From the NCBI RefSeq assembly GCF_963921235.1, contig NC_086109.1:32862001-32926000 (forward strand): 64,000 nt of DNA, given 5' to 3'. The notes under the pieces were generated by a model. It did not search any database, was not told the origin of the DNA, and saw only the letters and a list, made by a program, of their open reading frames with translations. The DNA comes from Mobula hypostoma (lineage: Eukaryota). A program made the position numbers and the translations under genes. Below, one piece after another: positions 1 through 12,847 of this stretch. The number at the start of each line of letters is the position of its first letter. Within the stretch, counting starts at the first letter, position 1.

Positions 1-780
1 CTGCAGAATTTCCTCTGCACCCTCTCTAGTGCATTCATGCCCATCCTGCAGCATGGCAAACAGAACTTCTGAGTACTCCAACTGTGTCTTAACTTCCTTG
101 CTTTTATATTTACTGCCCTGCCTAAGGAAGGCAAGTATCACACATGCCCTCTTCAACTCCTTTCCAATCTGTGTTCTCTCCTTCACTGATCTGTGACTTG
201 CACACAAAGTTTCCTCTATTCTTCATTACTCTGTAGAGCCACATTATTCATTGTGTAGGTGCTGACCTTGCTGGTCCTCTTAAAGCAGCATCACACACTT
301 ATCAGGATTAAACTCCATTTGCAGTTGCTCTGCCCTTCCTACAATTTGTTTAATGTCATTCTGTAAATTGACTCTCCTCCCTATTAATGTTGGTTTTATC
401 CTTTATATCTCCTACTTTCAGACCCAGATCTTTAATGTATCAACCAAATGGTAAGAGTCTCAAACTTACTTGAGGGTTCTAACCTTTTTGGACCAGTTTG
501 CCAGGGTGGGATCTTGTCAAAGGTCATGTAGACCACGCTGTCTTCATGATTACATTTGTTACATTTGGTCAAGATCTCTTCCCCCACTGCAACAACAAAC
601 CTAGCTGACTGTCTTTGATTAGTCCCTGCCTTTCCAAGGGTAGATTAATCCTGTCCTTTGAACTTTTTCAATAGCTGTTCTTCCACTGACAGTAGGGCAT
701 AATTACCAGACTTGTGCTTGCTCCCCTTCTGAAATAAAGGTGCTGTCTTTGAGTCATCTGGCAGTTCACCTGTGGCAGCA
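1..780 (-). mobile_element. Old, degraded CR1-type LINE RT fragment
   Basis: Reverse complement resembles the RT region of the intact CR1 in this window (gagtactcca, attaaactccattt, atcttgtcaaagg); no ORF. Confidence 0.6.
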
Positions 781-1238
781 AAGATTTAAGATTCTGGATT
801 GAATATTGTATGCATTCAAAGGCAGGGACATAAACGTACTCTGTATTCGTGAAGTACTGACCTCTTTAGACATTGTGTAAAACTTATCATGTAGCCTCAA
901 AGTATTTGTATTGTACTCACTTAAGGTACAAAGGACATGGGTCTATCTTAACTAGACAATCTAAAAGAGCTTTATGGCACTAATGGCCTCCTATCTGGTT
1001 AATATTTGAATCACTTCCACTGTAGCCGTCAGTTTTTGACCTATTTTTCTAATAGAGGAATTGTAATTAAAGCAAAGTACGGCTTTAACTTGTAGTGTGC
1101 AGAATGTGGGAAGTAATAGTGGCGTCCTACCTCTATAAGGTGGCTAAATAGGTTTTTAAGAATGTTTGTCATGAAGTAGGGTTTTTTCCCCCATTCTCTT
1201 ACTGCTCGGGTATCATGAGAATTCTGTTTCTGGTATAG

Positions 1239-1355
1239 GAGCCGTGTCTGGACTGAGCCGTGTCTGCTTGAAGCTGCTAAGGAAGAATTTAATGGTGTAA
1301 TTGAAGAGTTCTTGACAGTTGGTGAGAAGTTGTTTGGACCATATGTATGGGGAAG
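1239..1355 (+). CDS. RNPEP: Aminopeptidase B internal coding exon (first in window; probably equivalent to human exon 4)
   Basis: tag|G acceptor and AG|gtaaat donor; translates SRVWTEPCLLEAAKEEFNGVIEEFLTVGEKLFGPYVWGR, matching RNPEP; not in the ORF track. Confidence 0.95.
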
Positions 1356-1704
1356 GTAAATCTGCTTTATGATGTATTATCAAAAATCTTTAGTTCATTC
1401 ACAAGTCCCTGCTGATGAACTTTGCTTCAGGTTTTCAAGTTTTTTTTGGTAATTGTTTAATATGCACAGATAACACTGAAATTGCCTGCACTAACAATTT
1501 AACTAAAATAGCAAATTGGTATGTGAATAATTTGTTTTTAACTGATGGATCAACAGAAAGAAAGTTGCTTCCTTTCAAGATTTAAGTTTTTTAATACCCA
1601 AAGTATGGCACACCTACCCTCCTGCCACAAGATGAATATGCAGCTTTCAAATCCATGCCCACTATGCTTTCTCTTTAAGAGTGTACCTGACTGACTGCTA
1701 TTTC

Positions 1705-3264
1705 CAGTACCTTGTAAAAGTATTCAGCCTCCAACACTTTGTTCGCACAAACTGATCAAAATCCCTGATTGTAATACTGGTTTAACTGAGAATTTTTATT
1801 CGTGAATCACATGCCCCTTTTTTCACAGTCTGAAAAGCAAGGAAATTGCAGAGCACGAGAAACTAAAAATTCAAAACCTGAAATGTCAGCAGTTCAGAAG
1901 TATTCATCCCCCTTTGCTCAGTACTTAGTAGAATCACCCCTCGCGGCTGTTACAGCCAGCAGTCTTTAGGGATCTGTCTCTATTTGCTTTGCGCAATGTG
2001 AGGGAACAGGATTTGCCCATTCCTCCTTGCAAAATTGCTCAAGCTCTGCCAGGTTAGTTGGGGAGTGGCAGTAGACAGCAGTATCGAGGCCTTCAGTTGG
2101 GTTAAGGTCAAGACTCTGACTGGGCCACTCAAGGGCATCAATTTTCTTCATTTGAAGCCACTCCGTTGTTGCTCTGGCAGTGTGCTTTGGGTCCTTGTCC
2201 TGCTGAAAGACAAACTTCCTCCTCAGTTTGTTTTCTTGCAGAGGCTGGCAGGTTTTTATCCAGAGAACACACTCAAAATAGTGGAGGAATTCAACAGGCC
2301 AGGCAGCATCTATAGAAAAGAGTACAGTTTTTATCCAGGATCTCTCTGTATTTGGGCAGTGTTCATCTTTCCATCAATTCCTGATTTCCCGTCCCTGTTG
2401 CTGAGAAACATCCCCATAACATGATGCTACCTCTCCATACTTTACAGGAAGAATGGTGTTACCTGGCTGATGTGCCGTATTTGATTTACCCCAAATTTAG
2501 GCCATTTAGTTCACTTTAGTCTCATCTGACCACAAGACCTTCTTCCACATATTTAGAGTATCTTCAAAGTGATGCTTTGCAAAATCTTTATGGGCAAGGA
2601 AATGCTATTTTTTTAGCCAGGGCTTCTCCCTTCCACAAATATTATTTTTGTGTAAGGCCTTAGATTGTGAAGCCATGAACTTATCTCCAGTTGCAGCCAT
2701 TGATTTCTGCAGCTCACTCAGTGACTGTTAGTGTCACAGTTACCTCTTACAAGTGCTATTCTTCTCTGACGACTAAGTTTAGAGGGATGGCCTGACCTAG
2801 GCTGTGGTGTCTCTGGTTTCATTTGTTTTCCATTTTATCCACAATGGACTGCACTGAGCTCCGGGGCATATTCAGTGCCTTTGAGATGGTCATGTATCCT
2901 TCCCCAGATTTGTACTTCTCTATTACCATCTCCTCGCCTTGTCTTGAATTCTCTTTTGTCTTCATTTTGGTTTGATCTAATGAAAGTCAACCATACTGTT
3001 GGACCTTACAGAAAGAGGGGGTATTTATTCTTAGGAATTCATACAAACCAGGTGATCCTCCAATTTTCTACATCAACAAATTGAGTGAGTTGTAATTGTT
3101 TGTAAATTATTGACAGGGTTTGGAATTTTTCTTTTGATTTGACATGATGCACAATATTTTGTAGATTAGCTCAAAAATCCTACTTCAATATATTTTAAAT
3201 TTAGAAAATGAGACAGTAAAATGTGAAAATACTTGTGGGGGCTGAATACTTTTTCAAGGCACTG
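1705..3264 (-). mobile_element. Decayed Tc1-type DNA transposon
   Basis: TIRs cagtaccttgtaaaagtattcagcc / ggctgaatactttttcaaggcactg+TA; inner direct repeat at about 1885-1925; transposase remnant WPSQSLDLNP...LEQFCKEEWA (1966-2151, minus). Confidence 0.85.
2264..2326 (-). mobile_element. 63-bp Penelope-terminus fragment inserted in the Tc1
   Basis: Matches the aacacac-aaaat-gctggaggaa...ggccaggcagcatctat end seen at other copies; 12-bp duplication gtttttatccag at 2252-2263 and 2327-2338. Confidence 0.75.
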
Positions 3265-4011
3265 TATAATAGAAAATCATTTCTCAGGAATGTTAGCTGT
3301 TTTACCATTACTCATGCAGTTTTCTTTTTTGCTGTGTTTCCTCATTGACCTCTACTTTGTCCTCGTCTATTACAAAATATTTCATGTTTGTACCCTTTCA
3401 CTCATTGTTGTAATTTGTTCATTTTTCCCTTTCTTAAGTTGATCTGCAATAGTCACAGTAGACCAAACTGAATAATCCCCTCGCTGACTACAAATGACTT
3501 CAAATATATAATTTACAGTGTGGTTAAATTAATCCCCGAGTTTTTACAGTATTAAATACCTAGGACTTTTATACAGTACTGTATTTCTCAACATGGATCG
3601 GAGAGCGGGTTTGTAAATCTGGCGGGAGCAATGAATGTTGGGTGATGTGGGTGCAGACAAACCTGGCCCTAAGACACCAGGCAAGGTTATTTGATTCCAG
3701 ACAAATGTTTTATTATTGCAGAATGTTTCTCTAGTGCTCCACACTCTCGCCCCTCTCCCTTCCCCTTTTCCTAACTATGATTCCCCTCTCCCTGCCTCCT
3801 TCCCACTCTGTCTACGATAGAGACCCATATCAGAATCAGGTTTCTCATCATTCACGCATATCATGAATTTTTTTTTTGGCAGCATAAAGTTACTATGGCA
3901 CTGTGCAAAAGTCTTGGGCACCCTTGCTATATCTATATCTAACAATTTTGCACAGTAATGTATATAGTTATTGAAATTCATGAGAGTCTGGATGTTTCCC
4001 AGTCTGAACTA

Positions 4012-4742
4012 CAGTCGGCCCTCCTTATCCGCGAGTTCCTCATGCACAAATTCAACCAACCGCGAATCTGGAAAACCCGGAAGTGCTCTCTCCAGCACTC
4101 GTTCGAGCATTGTTTGCCTCGCATCTCGTTCACTTGCTACTTTGTTTCTGTGAATAAATGGCTCCTATAAAGCAATTACGTGGTCAAAGCAATTCCTCAA
4201 AGGCTAAGAGGGAGCTTAAAGTGCTATCCCTCGCCGAGAAATTAGAAATATTAGATCTTCTGAAAAGTGGCGTGTCGTATTCCGAAGTGAGCCGTAAGGT
4301 CGGTAAGAATGAATCGAGCATTCGTACAATAAAGCTGAAATTCGTGGAAGTGTTAGTGCTAGGGATGGCTGGCTGGCTATGTAAAGCGCTACAGCCTCAA
4401 GAACTTAAAGATCACGGGAGAATCGGAATCGGCTGATGCTGAGGCGGCATCATTGTTCCCAGAAGAGCTACGAGGGTTGCGTCTGTACTGAACATGTACA
4501 GACTTTTTTTCTTTATTCCCTAAACAATACAGTGTAACAATTATTTACATAGCATTTACGTTGTATTAGGTATTGTAAGTCAACAGAACAGAAACACTGA
4601 GGGCGGCGGGTCCTGTGCTGCCCTGGGTCCTAAAGTCCACCTGTACTGAGACAGGTTAAATAAGGGACTTGAGCATCTGCGTTTTTTGGTGTCCGCAGGG
4701 GGGTCTCGGAACCAATCCCTCGGGGATAGGGAGGGCCGACTG
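4012..4742 (+). mobile_element. Tigger/pogo non-autonomous element, MER2/Tigger3-like, with an N-terminal HTH transposase remnant
   Basis: TA|cagtcggccctccttatcc...ggatagggagggccgactg|TA TIRs; ORF 4158-4436 KRELKVLSLAEKLEILDLLKSGVSYSEVSRKVGKNESSIRTIK is a CENP-B/psq-type HTH. Confidence 0.88.
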
Positions 4743-5924
4743 TATTTCCCATTTCTGCCCTAACCTCTACCATCTAAAAAAATTCTAACTCCTTAGTTAG
4801 CAATATCATTATTAGGAGTGCTGGTATCAAGGTTCAGTGCAAAATTCTATTAGAGACAATGGCTATTCTAAAGTTTGAAGATTCGATTTTGGTTTTAAAT
4901 TTGCTTCATTTCTTTTTTCTATATAGCATTATTTAATTAATTTAAAATTGGTATTCTGAAATTTTGAGTTTGCTGTAGTATATGTTGCTGAGAACAGTGT
5001 GTAAGCTAGAATATCATGTACTATTTCTCTGAAGTTGAATATTTAGTTTCCCTACTATTTGCAGTTGTTAAACAATATAATCTGCTAATTGATAAATGTG
5101 TTCCAGCAATACACATTCTAGCAAATGAGGATTCAGTCATTTTCAGACAGTGTGGCAAAGGAAGAATAGGTACCATGTGAGATAGTAGTTTGATAAGACC
5201 CAGAATTTGTATACACATCTTTTCCTTGGTTTTTTTTTGTTAAGCATCTGAAAAATGGTTTCCTGGAGACAATGCAGCTGTGAACTTAATCCATTTCTGA
5301 ATTCAAGCCTGTAATCTGGGCTATCACTTGAGTATCACTTTGGAAAGCTGTAATGACATTGACCTTCCTGACAAGGTTTTAATCACACAAGGTATGATAG
5401 GCCGTCCACCCAGGCCTGGGTGGATGAAATCAGCTGAACTGGGTGAGGTGCAGGCCTTCCATGTGGACACTGACTCCTCAGACTCTGAGTCTGATCTCTC
5501 CTGGGCATGCTGGACTTCTTAGATCCAGAAACCTTGCTTTGATTCATTGAAGAAGGGTCCAGACCCTTCGAGTTGTGAGAGCGTGCCTACAGTGAAAACG
5601 TGTAAATGTTTTATAAAATAAAATGCACCAGCATGAATTTTGAAATTTCATGATATGCTAATCAACCATATTACCTGTTAAGTTAATCTAGTGATTGGAG
5701 TACTTTTTGGCAAATGTGGACAGTGTGTAAGATGCCTAACAACACAGGCTTTTCATTATCAAAATAGTAGCTTTGTTTCTTAATGCTGAAGTTAATTCAT
5801 TATTATTCAGTAATGACTGGTGAAACAGATAGCAAAAGTAGTACCAGTGCAGACCATCAGTTACACAAGCTGCCTTTGCAAGATTCCCTGAGGAGGGTTA
5901 TTAAGTTTACAGATGACTTGAAGG

Positions 5925-6325
5925 TTGGTTGTTGAGGGCCTCCATTGAATCCAAAGGAACGGCAAAGGCAGATACAGTTTGGCACCTCAGGGTTTACTCC
6001 TGAAGCCTTCTCCTTAAGTGAGTAGAGACATCAAGCAGTGAAAATTTGAGATCAGAGTTTTCCTTCTCCTGGATGAGCAGCCAACCACAGCTGACGAGCC
6101 CCTTCTGTCCAGAGCAACTGGTTTTAAGGCACCAGTAACCCATCTTTGCCCCTTCTCCTGTCAGTAGAAACTGTTCTACCCGGCTTAGTAGCTAAGCCGC
6201 ACGTAAAGGACAAGAGCTGGACTTCGTTGTCGGAGGCTTTTTGATGTACACCATTGGGAGCATTTAATAGGTCATGAGAGGTTATTCCCACCACCTCCCA
6301 TAGCTATGACAACCTGAAGGAACAA
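5925..6325 (-). mobile_element. Probable RTE-derived non-autonomous element
   Basis: gagttttccttctcctggatgagcagccaacc...gacgagcccc resembles RTE 5' UTR sequence; recognition only. Confidence 0.4.
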
Positions 6326-6579
6326 AGGTTGTTAGTGGTGAGGATATATTTAGATAGTTTCTGCAGGCGAAGGAACAATTACAATAAAAGGTCAGATCTG
6401 CAATTAAAATGCAGCTTCCTTCTCAGCACATGCTGTCCAACTGGTTCTGTGTTTTTGGCAGTTTCTGTTTCTGAAAACAAAACTGAATTGACATAACCAC
6501 CTCAGTTCACTGCTGGCATTAGGTTGGAGTTTATTACTAAACTCTAACATTTTATCTCTTGGCACACTCTGTTAGGGCG

Positions 6580-6905
6580 AATGGCCTGATAGATGTTTAC
6601 TAAAAATAGAGGCATAGACAGAGTAAACAGTCAGAATCTTTTTTCAACAGGATAAAAATGTAGAATCGCACATTTAGGGTAAGAAGCCTAAAGTTTACAG
6701 GAGATTTGCGGGGCAAGGTTTTTGCACGGGGGTGGTAAATGCTTGGAATGGGCTGCCAGGGGTAATGGTGGAAGCAGATATGAAACTGGTGGGGCCTGGA
6801 GCAAAATGGATCATGTGCAAGCAGAAGAGATCTGGTTTAAATTGGCATCGTGTTCATCGCATTGTAGGCTGAGGAGCCTCTTCCTGTGCTGTACTGTATG
6901 TTCTG
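6580..6905 (+). mobile_element. CR1 3' end fragment
   Basis: Similar to the CR1 ORF2 C-terminus and 3' UTR, ending cctgtgctgtactgtatgttct. Confidence 0.6.
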
Positions 6906-7233
6906 CTAAATGGTTAATTGGAGAAACTCATTGGACTCTGCATCTACTCAGTCTGGGTTGCAATTCTGTTGATAGCTTTGTCCTTCAACTCTTCTGATCA
7001 ATGAGGTTAATTGCGTGCCTGAGTATAGGTCTACCAAAATTTACTTGATCTAAGATTTTCTTCTGCATCCAAGTTTCTGCAAGCTGATAGTTTGTGATTT
7101 AGCTTTTTTAGAGTGAAGAATAAAGTGTTTTGATGTCAGTGTGAGAGTGTACATAAAAGTAATTGAGAGTGGAATACTTGTTTCATTTGCATTTTAAAAT
7201 AACTTGACACTAAATGTCTTGTAATATCCAAAG

Positions 7234-7469
7234 GTATGATCTTCTCTTCATGCCGCCGTCTTTCCCTTTTGGTGGGATGGAGAATCCTTGCATTACGTTT
7301 GTTACTCCATGTCTGTTGGCTGGAGATCGGTCATTGGCTGATGTCATCATCCATGAGATTTCTCACAGCTGGTTTGGCAATCTGGTAACGAATGCCAACT
7401 GGGGAGACTTCTGGCTAAATGAAGGATTCACAATGTATGCTCAGAGGAGAATTTCAACTGAAATTTACG
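7234..7469 (+). CDS. RNPEP: RNPEP exon carrying the M1 peptidase active site
   Basis: [19 protein letters not shown]...[25 protein letters not shown] has the GXMEN and HEXXH-X18-E zinc motifs; GGMEN/HEISH fits RNPEP rather than RNPEPL1; aag|G and G|gtatgg. Confidence 0.97.
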
Positions 7470-8509
7470 GTATGGCTTTGTGAATGTATGTTACTGTGAT
7501 CCAAAAAAAAATCCCAATAGTCATCTTTCTGAATAAGATCTTAGCCATTTAGTATGCTTTGTTGGATTCCCATTCCAGCATACTCCTCAAAGCCTTTGTA
7601 CAGACTTAAAAATTTCATATCTTAGATTTTTTAAAAGCATGCAATATGATTAAACTAGCAATGGATATTTAAATTATTTAATTTATAATGTGCGTGATTT
7701 CTAACAAATTTGAGAGATTAGCGTCTTGAGGTTTTGCCCTGTTATTTCAGGTTGGATGGTTTTGTTTTTCTGTTAACAGTTCATTGTGTTTACTGTATTG
7801 GGAGTGTATGCAGGATTTGTTCCTGCCTGACAAGGCTAATGCATGAACATGTATTTTTAAGCTTAGTTATTTTTTAAAATCTAAGTGGATAGAAATGGGA
7901 AAGCATGGTTCCAGAGGATTAAGGTGAAAAAAAAACTAAAATATAACTGATGCTGAATGTCTGAAATAAAAACTAGAAATATTCATAGTTACTGCATGGG
8001 AAGAAACAAAAACAATGAAAGGTCATTCATTTGTAATTTAAATGCTGCTACTTTCTCAGCACGTACCAGCCAACCTGTTGAGTGTTTTCAGCAGTTTCTG
8101 TTTTAAATTTAGCCTAACATCTATTGCGGACACCTTTACAAGTTTGGAATGTGAAACTGAAAGGAAGGAACTCGCTCACAATTTGTACTTCAAAATCAAA
8201 AGCAAATAAAATTATAAACTTCAAACCAGAACAGAAATGCTGGAAGAACACAGGCAGTCAAGCAGCATCCATGGAAAGAGAAGCCAATTAACCTTTCATG
8301 GTGAAGACCTTTCATCACAATAATTAGTAACTTCTACCTCAGAAAAGATATGAAGTCTGCTGTTCTAGGTTTGCTTTTCATAGCAGGTGAAGGGGGCAGA
8401 AAGTATGAATAAATTGTTTTTTGGTGTTGATTATTGTAACATATCAAGATGCAGTGAAAAGCTTTTCTTTTGTATTCTGTCAGCACAAATCATGACATGC
8501 ATAATTACA

Positions 8510-9305
8510 TCTTGAGATTCGAGATTGTTTAATGTCATTTCCAACGTACAAGTGCAAAGGAGAACCAGATTGGTACTCCAGATCTGATAGAGCACAAAAG
8601 CACAATTAATATATATATATATAAAGATAGCTTATATATGTTGATTGTAGGTTGATAAATTGATGCTAGGCACATGAGCGTCTGTATATAAGGTGACTCT
8701 GACAGGAAATGGTAGAGTAGTGGTGGTGGGGGTGTGAAGGGGTGGTTATTGGGTGGAGGTGTTGATCAACCTTGCTGCTTAGTACGTTCCCCTTTGCATT
8801 TGTATACTGGCAATGACATTAAACAGTCCCGAACTTGGGGAAAGTAACTGAGTCTGGTGGTTCTGGCATGGATGCTAAGTAACCTAGATGGGACTGGGAT
8901 AAACAGTCCATGAACAGGTTGGGTGGGATCCTTCATAATGTTACTGGCCCTTTTCTCAAAACAGCCCAGTGATGCATTGGGCAGTTTTGACTACCTGTTG
9001 TGGAACCTTCCTGTCTGCTGCAGTGCCGTTTCCTTACTATGCAGTGATGCGGCATGTTGGGATGTTCTCGGCTGTGCATCTGTAAAAAGGATAAATGTGC
9101 ATGGTCCAGTTCTCTTCACCTTCCTCAGAATGAGGTGTTGTTGAGCTTTCCTGATTGTGTCTTGGGGCCATGAGAGTTTGTGCAGCATTTATACTCCCAG
9201 GAGTTTGAAACTGCTCAATTTCGACTTCTGTGCCACTGATGTGAAGAGGGGTGAGAATGGTGCAAGTTCTCCTTAAGTTAATAATCATCTCCTTTGTCTT
9301 GTTGA
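8510..9305 (-). mobile_element. Rex1/Babar-like LINE 3' fragment
   Basis: Minus-strand remnants (KAQQHLILRK, AQPRTSQHAASLH) similar to other Rex1-like copies in the window. Confidence 0.55.
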
Positions 9306-9964
9306 GTTAGTTGTGTAAAAAAACAGGATACAGAATATTGTGTTGGAGTTACAGAGAAGGTGTAGTGCAGAGAGACAAAGTACAAAGAATGTCACAAGGT
9401 AGATTGGGAGATCAAAAGCTCATCTTTTAGTGTGCAAGAGGTCCCTTCAAACATTTGATAATATAGGGACAAAAGCTGACCTGAGTCTATTGATTTATGT
9501 TCTTGAGCTTTCAGATCTTCTGCCTGATAGGAAAGGGGAGAAGAGAGAATTACCAGGGTGAGGGGGCTGCTGGTAATCTTTGCTGCTTTGCCAGTGGAGC
9601 AGGAAGTGCAGTCGGTGTAAATGGAGGGAAGTTGGTTTGCAAGATGGACTGGTACTTTTTGGTTCTTAGAAAGGGAAAGTTTAAAAGAAACATGAATATT
9701 ACTCTCTTCAAAAGACGGGGAAAGGATAAACCATTGTTTTCAGTGTGGCATTCCAGACAAGTTCAATAGGCAACTAATTGAAACTGTTGGTGTCTATACT
9801 CTTGCTGCTGAATCAACCTTTTGTGCTGCACTGGTAAATTCTTGTAATTTAAAAAATTCACAATTATTAATTGTCCCAGTAAACCATGTGCAGCTTTATG
9901 GCACTGATACCATCTTATCACCAAGATCTCTCTCCTGTATATTTACTCAAAGTTTATATCTTAG

Positions 9965-10078
9965 GTCCAGAGTACACTTGTATTGAAGCTGCCACAGGGA
10001 GAGCCCTCCTTCGTCAACACATGGATAACTCTGGAGAGGACCATCCCCTCAATAAACTGAAGGTTAAAATTGATCAAG
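9965..10078 (+). CDS. RNPEP: RNPEP coding exon
   Basis: ttag|GT...CAAG|gtgaga; GPEYTCIEAATGRALLRQHMDNSGEDHPLNKLKVKIDQ. Confidence 0.95.
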
Positions 10079-10760
10079 GTGAGAGTTCATAATCTGGATC
10101 TGTGCAAATTGATTTGGAATCCCTGATCAAATCCCCAGTGCTTCCAAAAAATCATTTTTCAGATGCAAGCAGAAAAAGCAAGTTGCTGAATTTGATATTG
10201 AATCCCCAAAACTGAAAGTGCTTGGATAGAAGATGAGGCCCCGTTGGAGTGGGACAGGAGGCAAAAATGGTCGAATTGGAAGTGTGACAGCAAATTACTG
10301 GAAATTCCTGGTATTTGCTGTTGACTTACTGGAGATGTTCCACCGAGCACTCAGTCTTTTTGATCAGAGCTGTTTAGTGCCATTTCAAGATTTTGTAGGT
10401 TTAACTCAGCAACTACTGAATGGATTAGTATGTTCTATTGTCAGTTGCTGATGGATGCTTTACTTATTTCCTTACAAAACAGGAAGTTATTTCAGCCCAT
10501 CGAGTCTATGCTGGTTTGCAGAACAATCCCTCTCCTAACAATTTTCACTTGTTACCAATTTCCCTCAACTACCACCAGATTTTACTCACCCGCTTGCACA
10601 CCAGGGGAAACTTACAATTCCCAGTTAACCTGTCAACCTGCATGTTTTTAGGATGTGGAAGGGCTTTAGAGCAAGTGAATCACAGAGAACGTGCAAAGAA
10701 AAAAGGAACTACTTTGTGACCTTGGACCATCCTGAAGCATTTCATAGTCAATAATGTGTG

Positions 10761-11071
10761 GCTGTGTTGGTGCGTGGCCAAGTGGTTAAAGCGTTCGTCT
10801 AGTGATTTGAAGGTCGTTAGTTCGAGCCTTGGCGAGTTCGAGCGTGTGTGTCCTTGAGCAAGACACTTAACCACACATTGCTCTGCGATGACACCGGTGC
10901 CAAGCGGTATGGGTTCTAATGCCCTTCCCTTGGACAACATCGGTGGCATGGAGAGGGGAGACTTGCAGCATGGGCAACTGCTGGTCTTCCATACAACCTT
11001 GCCCAGGCCTACGCCCTGGAAACTTTCCAAGGTGCAAATCCATGGTCTCATGAGACTAACGGATGCCTATA
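10761..11071 (+). mobile_element. tRNA-derived SINE with a CORE-like middle and an RTE-like tail
   Basis: A box TGGCCAAGTGG, B box GTTCGAGCC, gtgtccttgagcaagacacttaacc core; 8-bp TSD aatgtgtg at 10753-10760 and 11072-11079. Confidence 0.8.
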
Positions 11072-11217
11072 AATGTGTGATATAGTAATTTGTGTAATGG
11101 TAAACTTCGTGTTTGCTCTCTCGTGCCCCATGATTTCTGTATTCCCTAAGTGAGCCCACCCTTAGAAATTTTACCTTCCTTTGACAAAGAATTAATTTAT
11201 TGTTGTTCCTTTTTCAG

Positions 11218-11330
11218 GGATTGATCCAGATGAGACATATAATGAAACTCCCTACGAAAAAGGCTATTGCTTTGTATCCTATTTAGCTCACCTTGTGGGT
11301 GATCAGAGCACATTTGATGCTTTCCTTCGG
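11218..11330 (+). CDS. RNPEP: RNPEP coding exon with the catalytic Tyr (PYEKG)
   Basis: ttttcag|GG...CGG|gtaaga; GIDPDETYNETPYEKGYCFVSYLAHLVGDQSTFDAFLR. Confidence 0.95.
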
Positions 11331-12847
11331 GTAAGAACTTGTCAAGTTCATTGTAAATATAATCTTATTTATAAAGGGGAGAAAAACTGCTAAATACATG
11401 TTAGGGTTCAAAGTACATTTATTATCAAAGTATGCCTGCAGTATACAACCCTGAAATTCATCTTCCTCACAGTCATGAAATAAAGAACCATGGAACCAAC
11501 CCATTCAAGGAAAAATATCAACCATCAAACCCCTCCCCCATGCAAAAAAATCATGCAAATTGCATCAAACACAAACAAAAACAAGAATAATATTTAGTTC
11601 AATTTTAAAGAAAGACAGTGCACCAAGGTATTCCCAGGCAATATTATGGAAGTTGAAATCTATTATTCAGGCACTTGTTTGTGATTTCCCTATATATGCT
11701 CATCTAATTCCCGCTGAATACTGCAGGATCATGTAGTACATTTGCTGAAAAGTGATCCCCTTTTTATCTTAGCTCTGCATGTTGCCCCAGAATATCTTTA
11801 AATTCCACCATGGTGTTCTCCCTAATCAGGTTCAATTCCACCCGCCCCCCCCCCCACCCCCAAGGTCTCATCTGCACCGTTACAGAAAAAGCATTGATAT
11901 CACAAAGGTTCATTTGCCATATCTGTTATCTGTCGACTGTGGGCCAAATGGCTGAACTCTACTCTTGTCTTATGCTTCCATAATAACTTAAGTACAATCC
12001 TATGTGCTGATCCATACTGAGTTCACCTGCTTTACCTGTGAGGCTTCTTGCATTAAAATGTACAGTCTGAGCAAATCAGACCACTTTCAACTACCCCTAC
12101 TGGACTTGTTTGCTTTTACCTCCATATTTCATCTTTCTCATCTGATATTCAGTACAGATGAATATGTAAAAGTGCCTTTTAATTTCATGATGCACATAAT
12201 TATTTTTAAGCTTTTTTACTTTGCATCTATCTTTAACCTCTTAAAATTTGGACATTGCAATTAAAATGGGAAAGATTATGGTGAAACAGTGACCTTGGCA
12301 TTTTTGGCCATTTATGCAGATATTTTGATAATACCATTGCTAAAGAACTTGTCTCTATGGACTCCAGCTTCTTATAGAGCAGAAATTGATTTGATGGTAA
12401 CTTGGAAGCAACGTTACATTAACATTCCAGATTTGAGAACTTCCACTGATACCTAAGACCTCTGAAACCTGTAGAACAAACTCTTAGCATAATGTACTTC
12501 AATCTGTAAGATGTTATAGATTTGCTTAACTTTAAAATAAGAAAAGGGCAATAGGACAGATTTTGATTGACTTGTTATGCTGTTCCAAGTAAAAATTGAT
12601 CAGCCTATTGCCAAGAATTGTTCTGGTCTGGCTGTGTAGAGGCATGGGCTACTTCATTGTTAGGGAATTGTGAACGGTCATCAGTTAATAGCTCCTTTTG
12701 TGATGGGAGGAAAGTCCCTGATGAGGCAGTTTAATATCAATGCAGTTCCTTACCCGAAATGGGTCACTGATACACTGCCCAGTGTACAGGTTTATCACTT
12801 GTTCTGATTTAACATAAATCATGTGTCTAAATTGTGTTTACATGCAG

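Noticed and set aside
4158..4436. Domesticated TIGD/CENPB-like gene
   Set aside because: Only the HTH is present, inside a TIR- and TA-bounded 731-bp element with no DDE domain.
10761..10835. tRNA gene
   Set aside because: A and B boxes are followed by a SINE body and flanked by a TSD; no clean acceptor stem or terminator.
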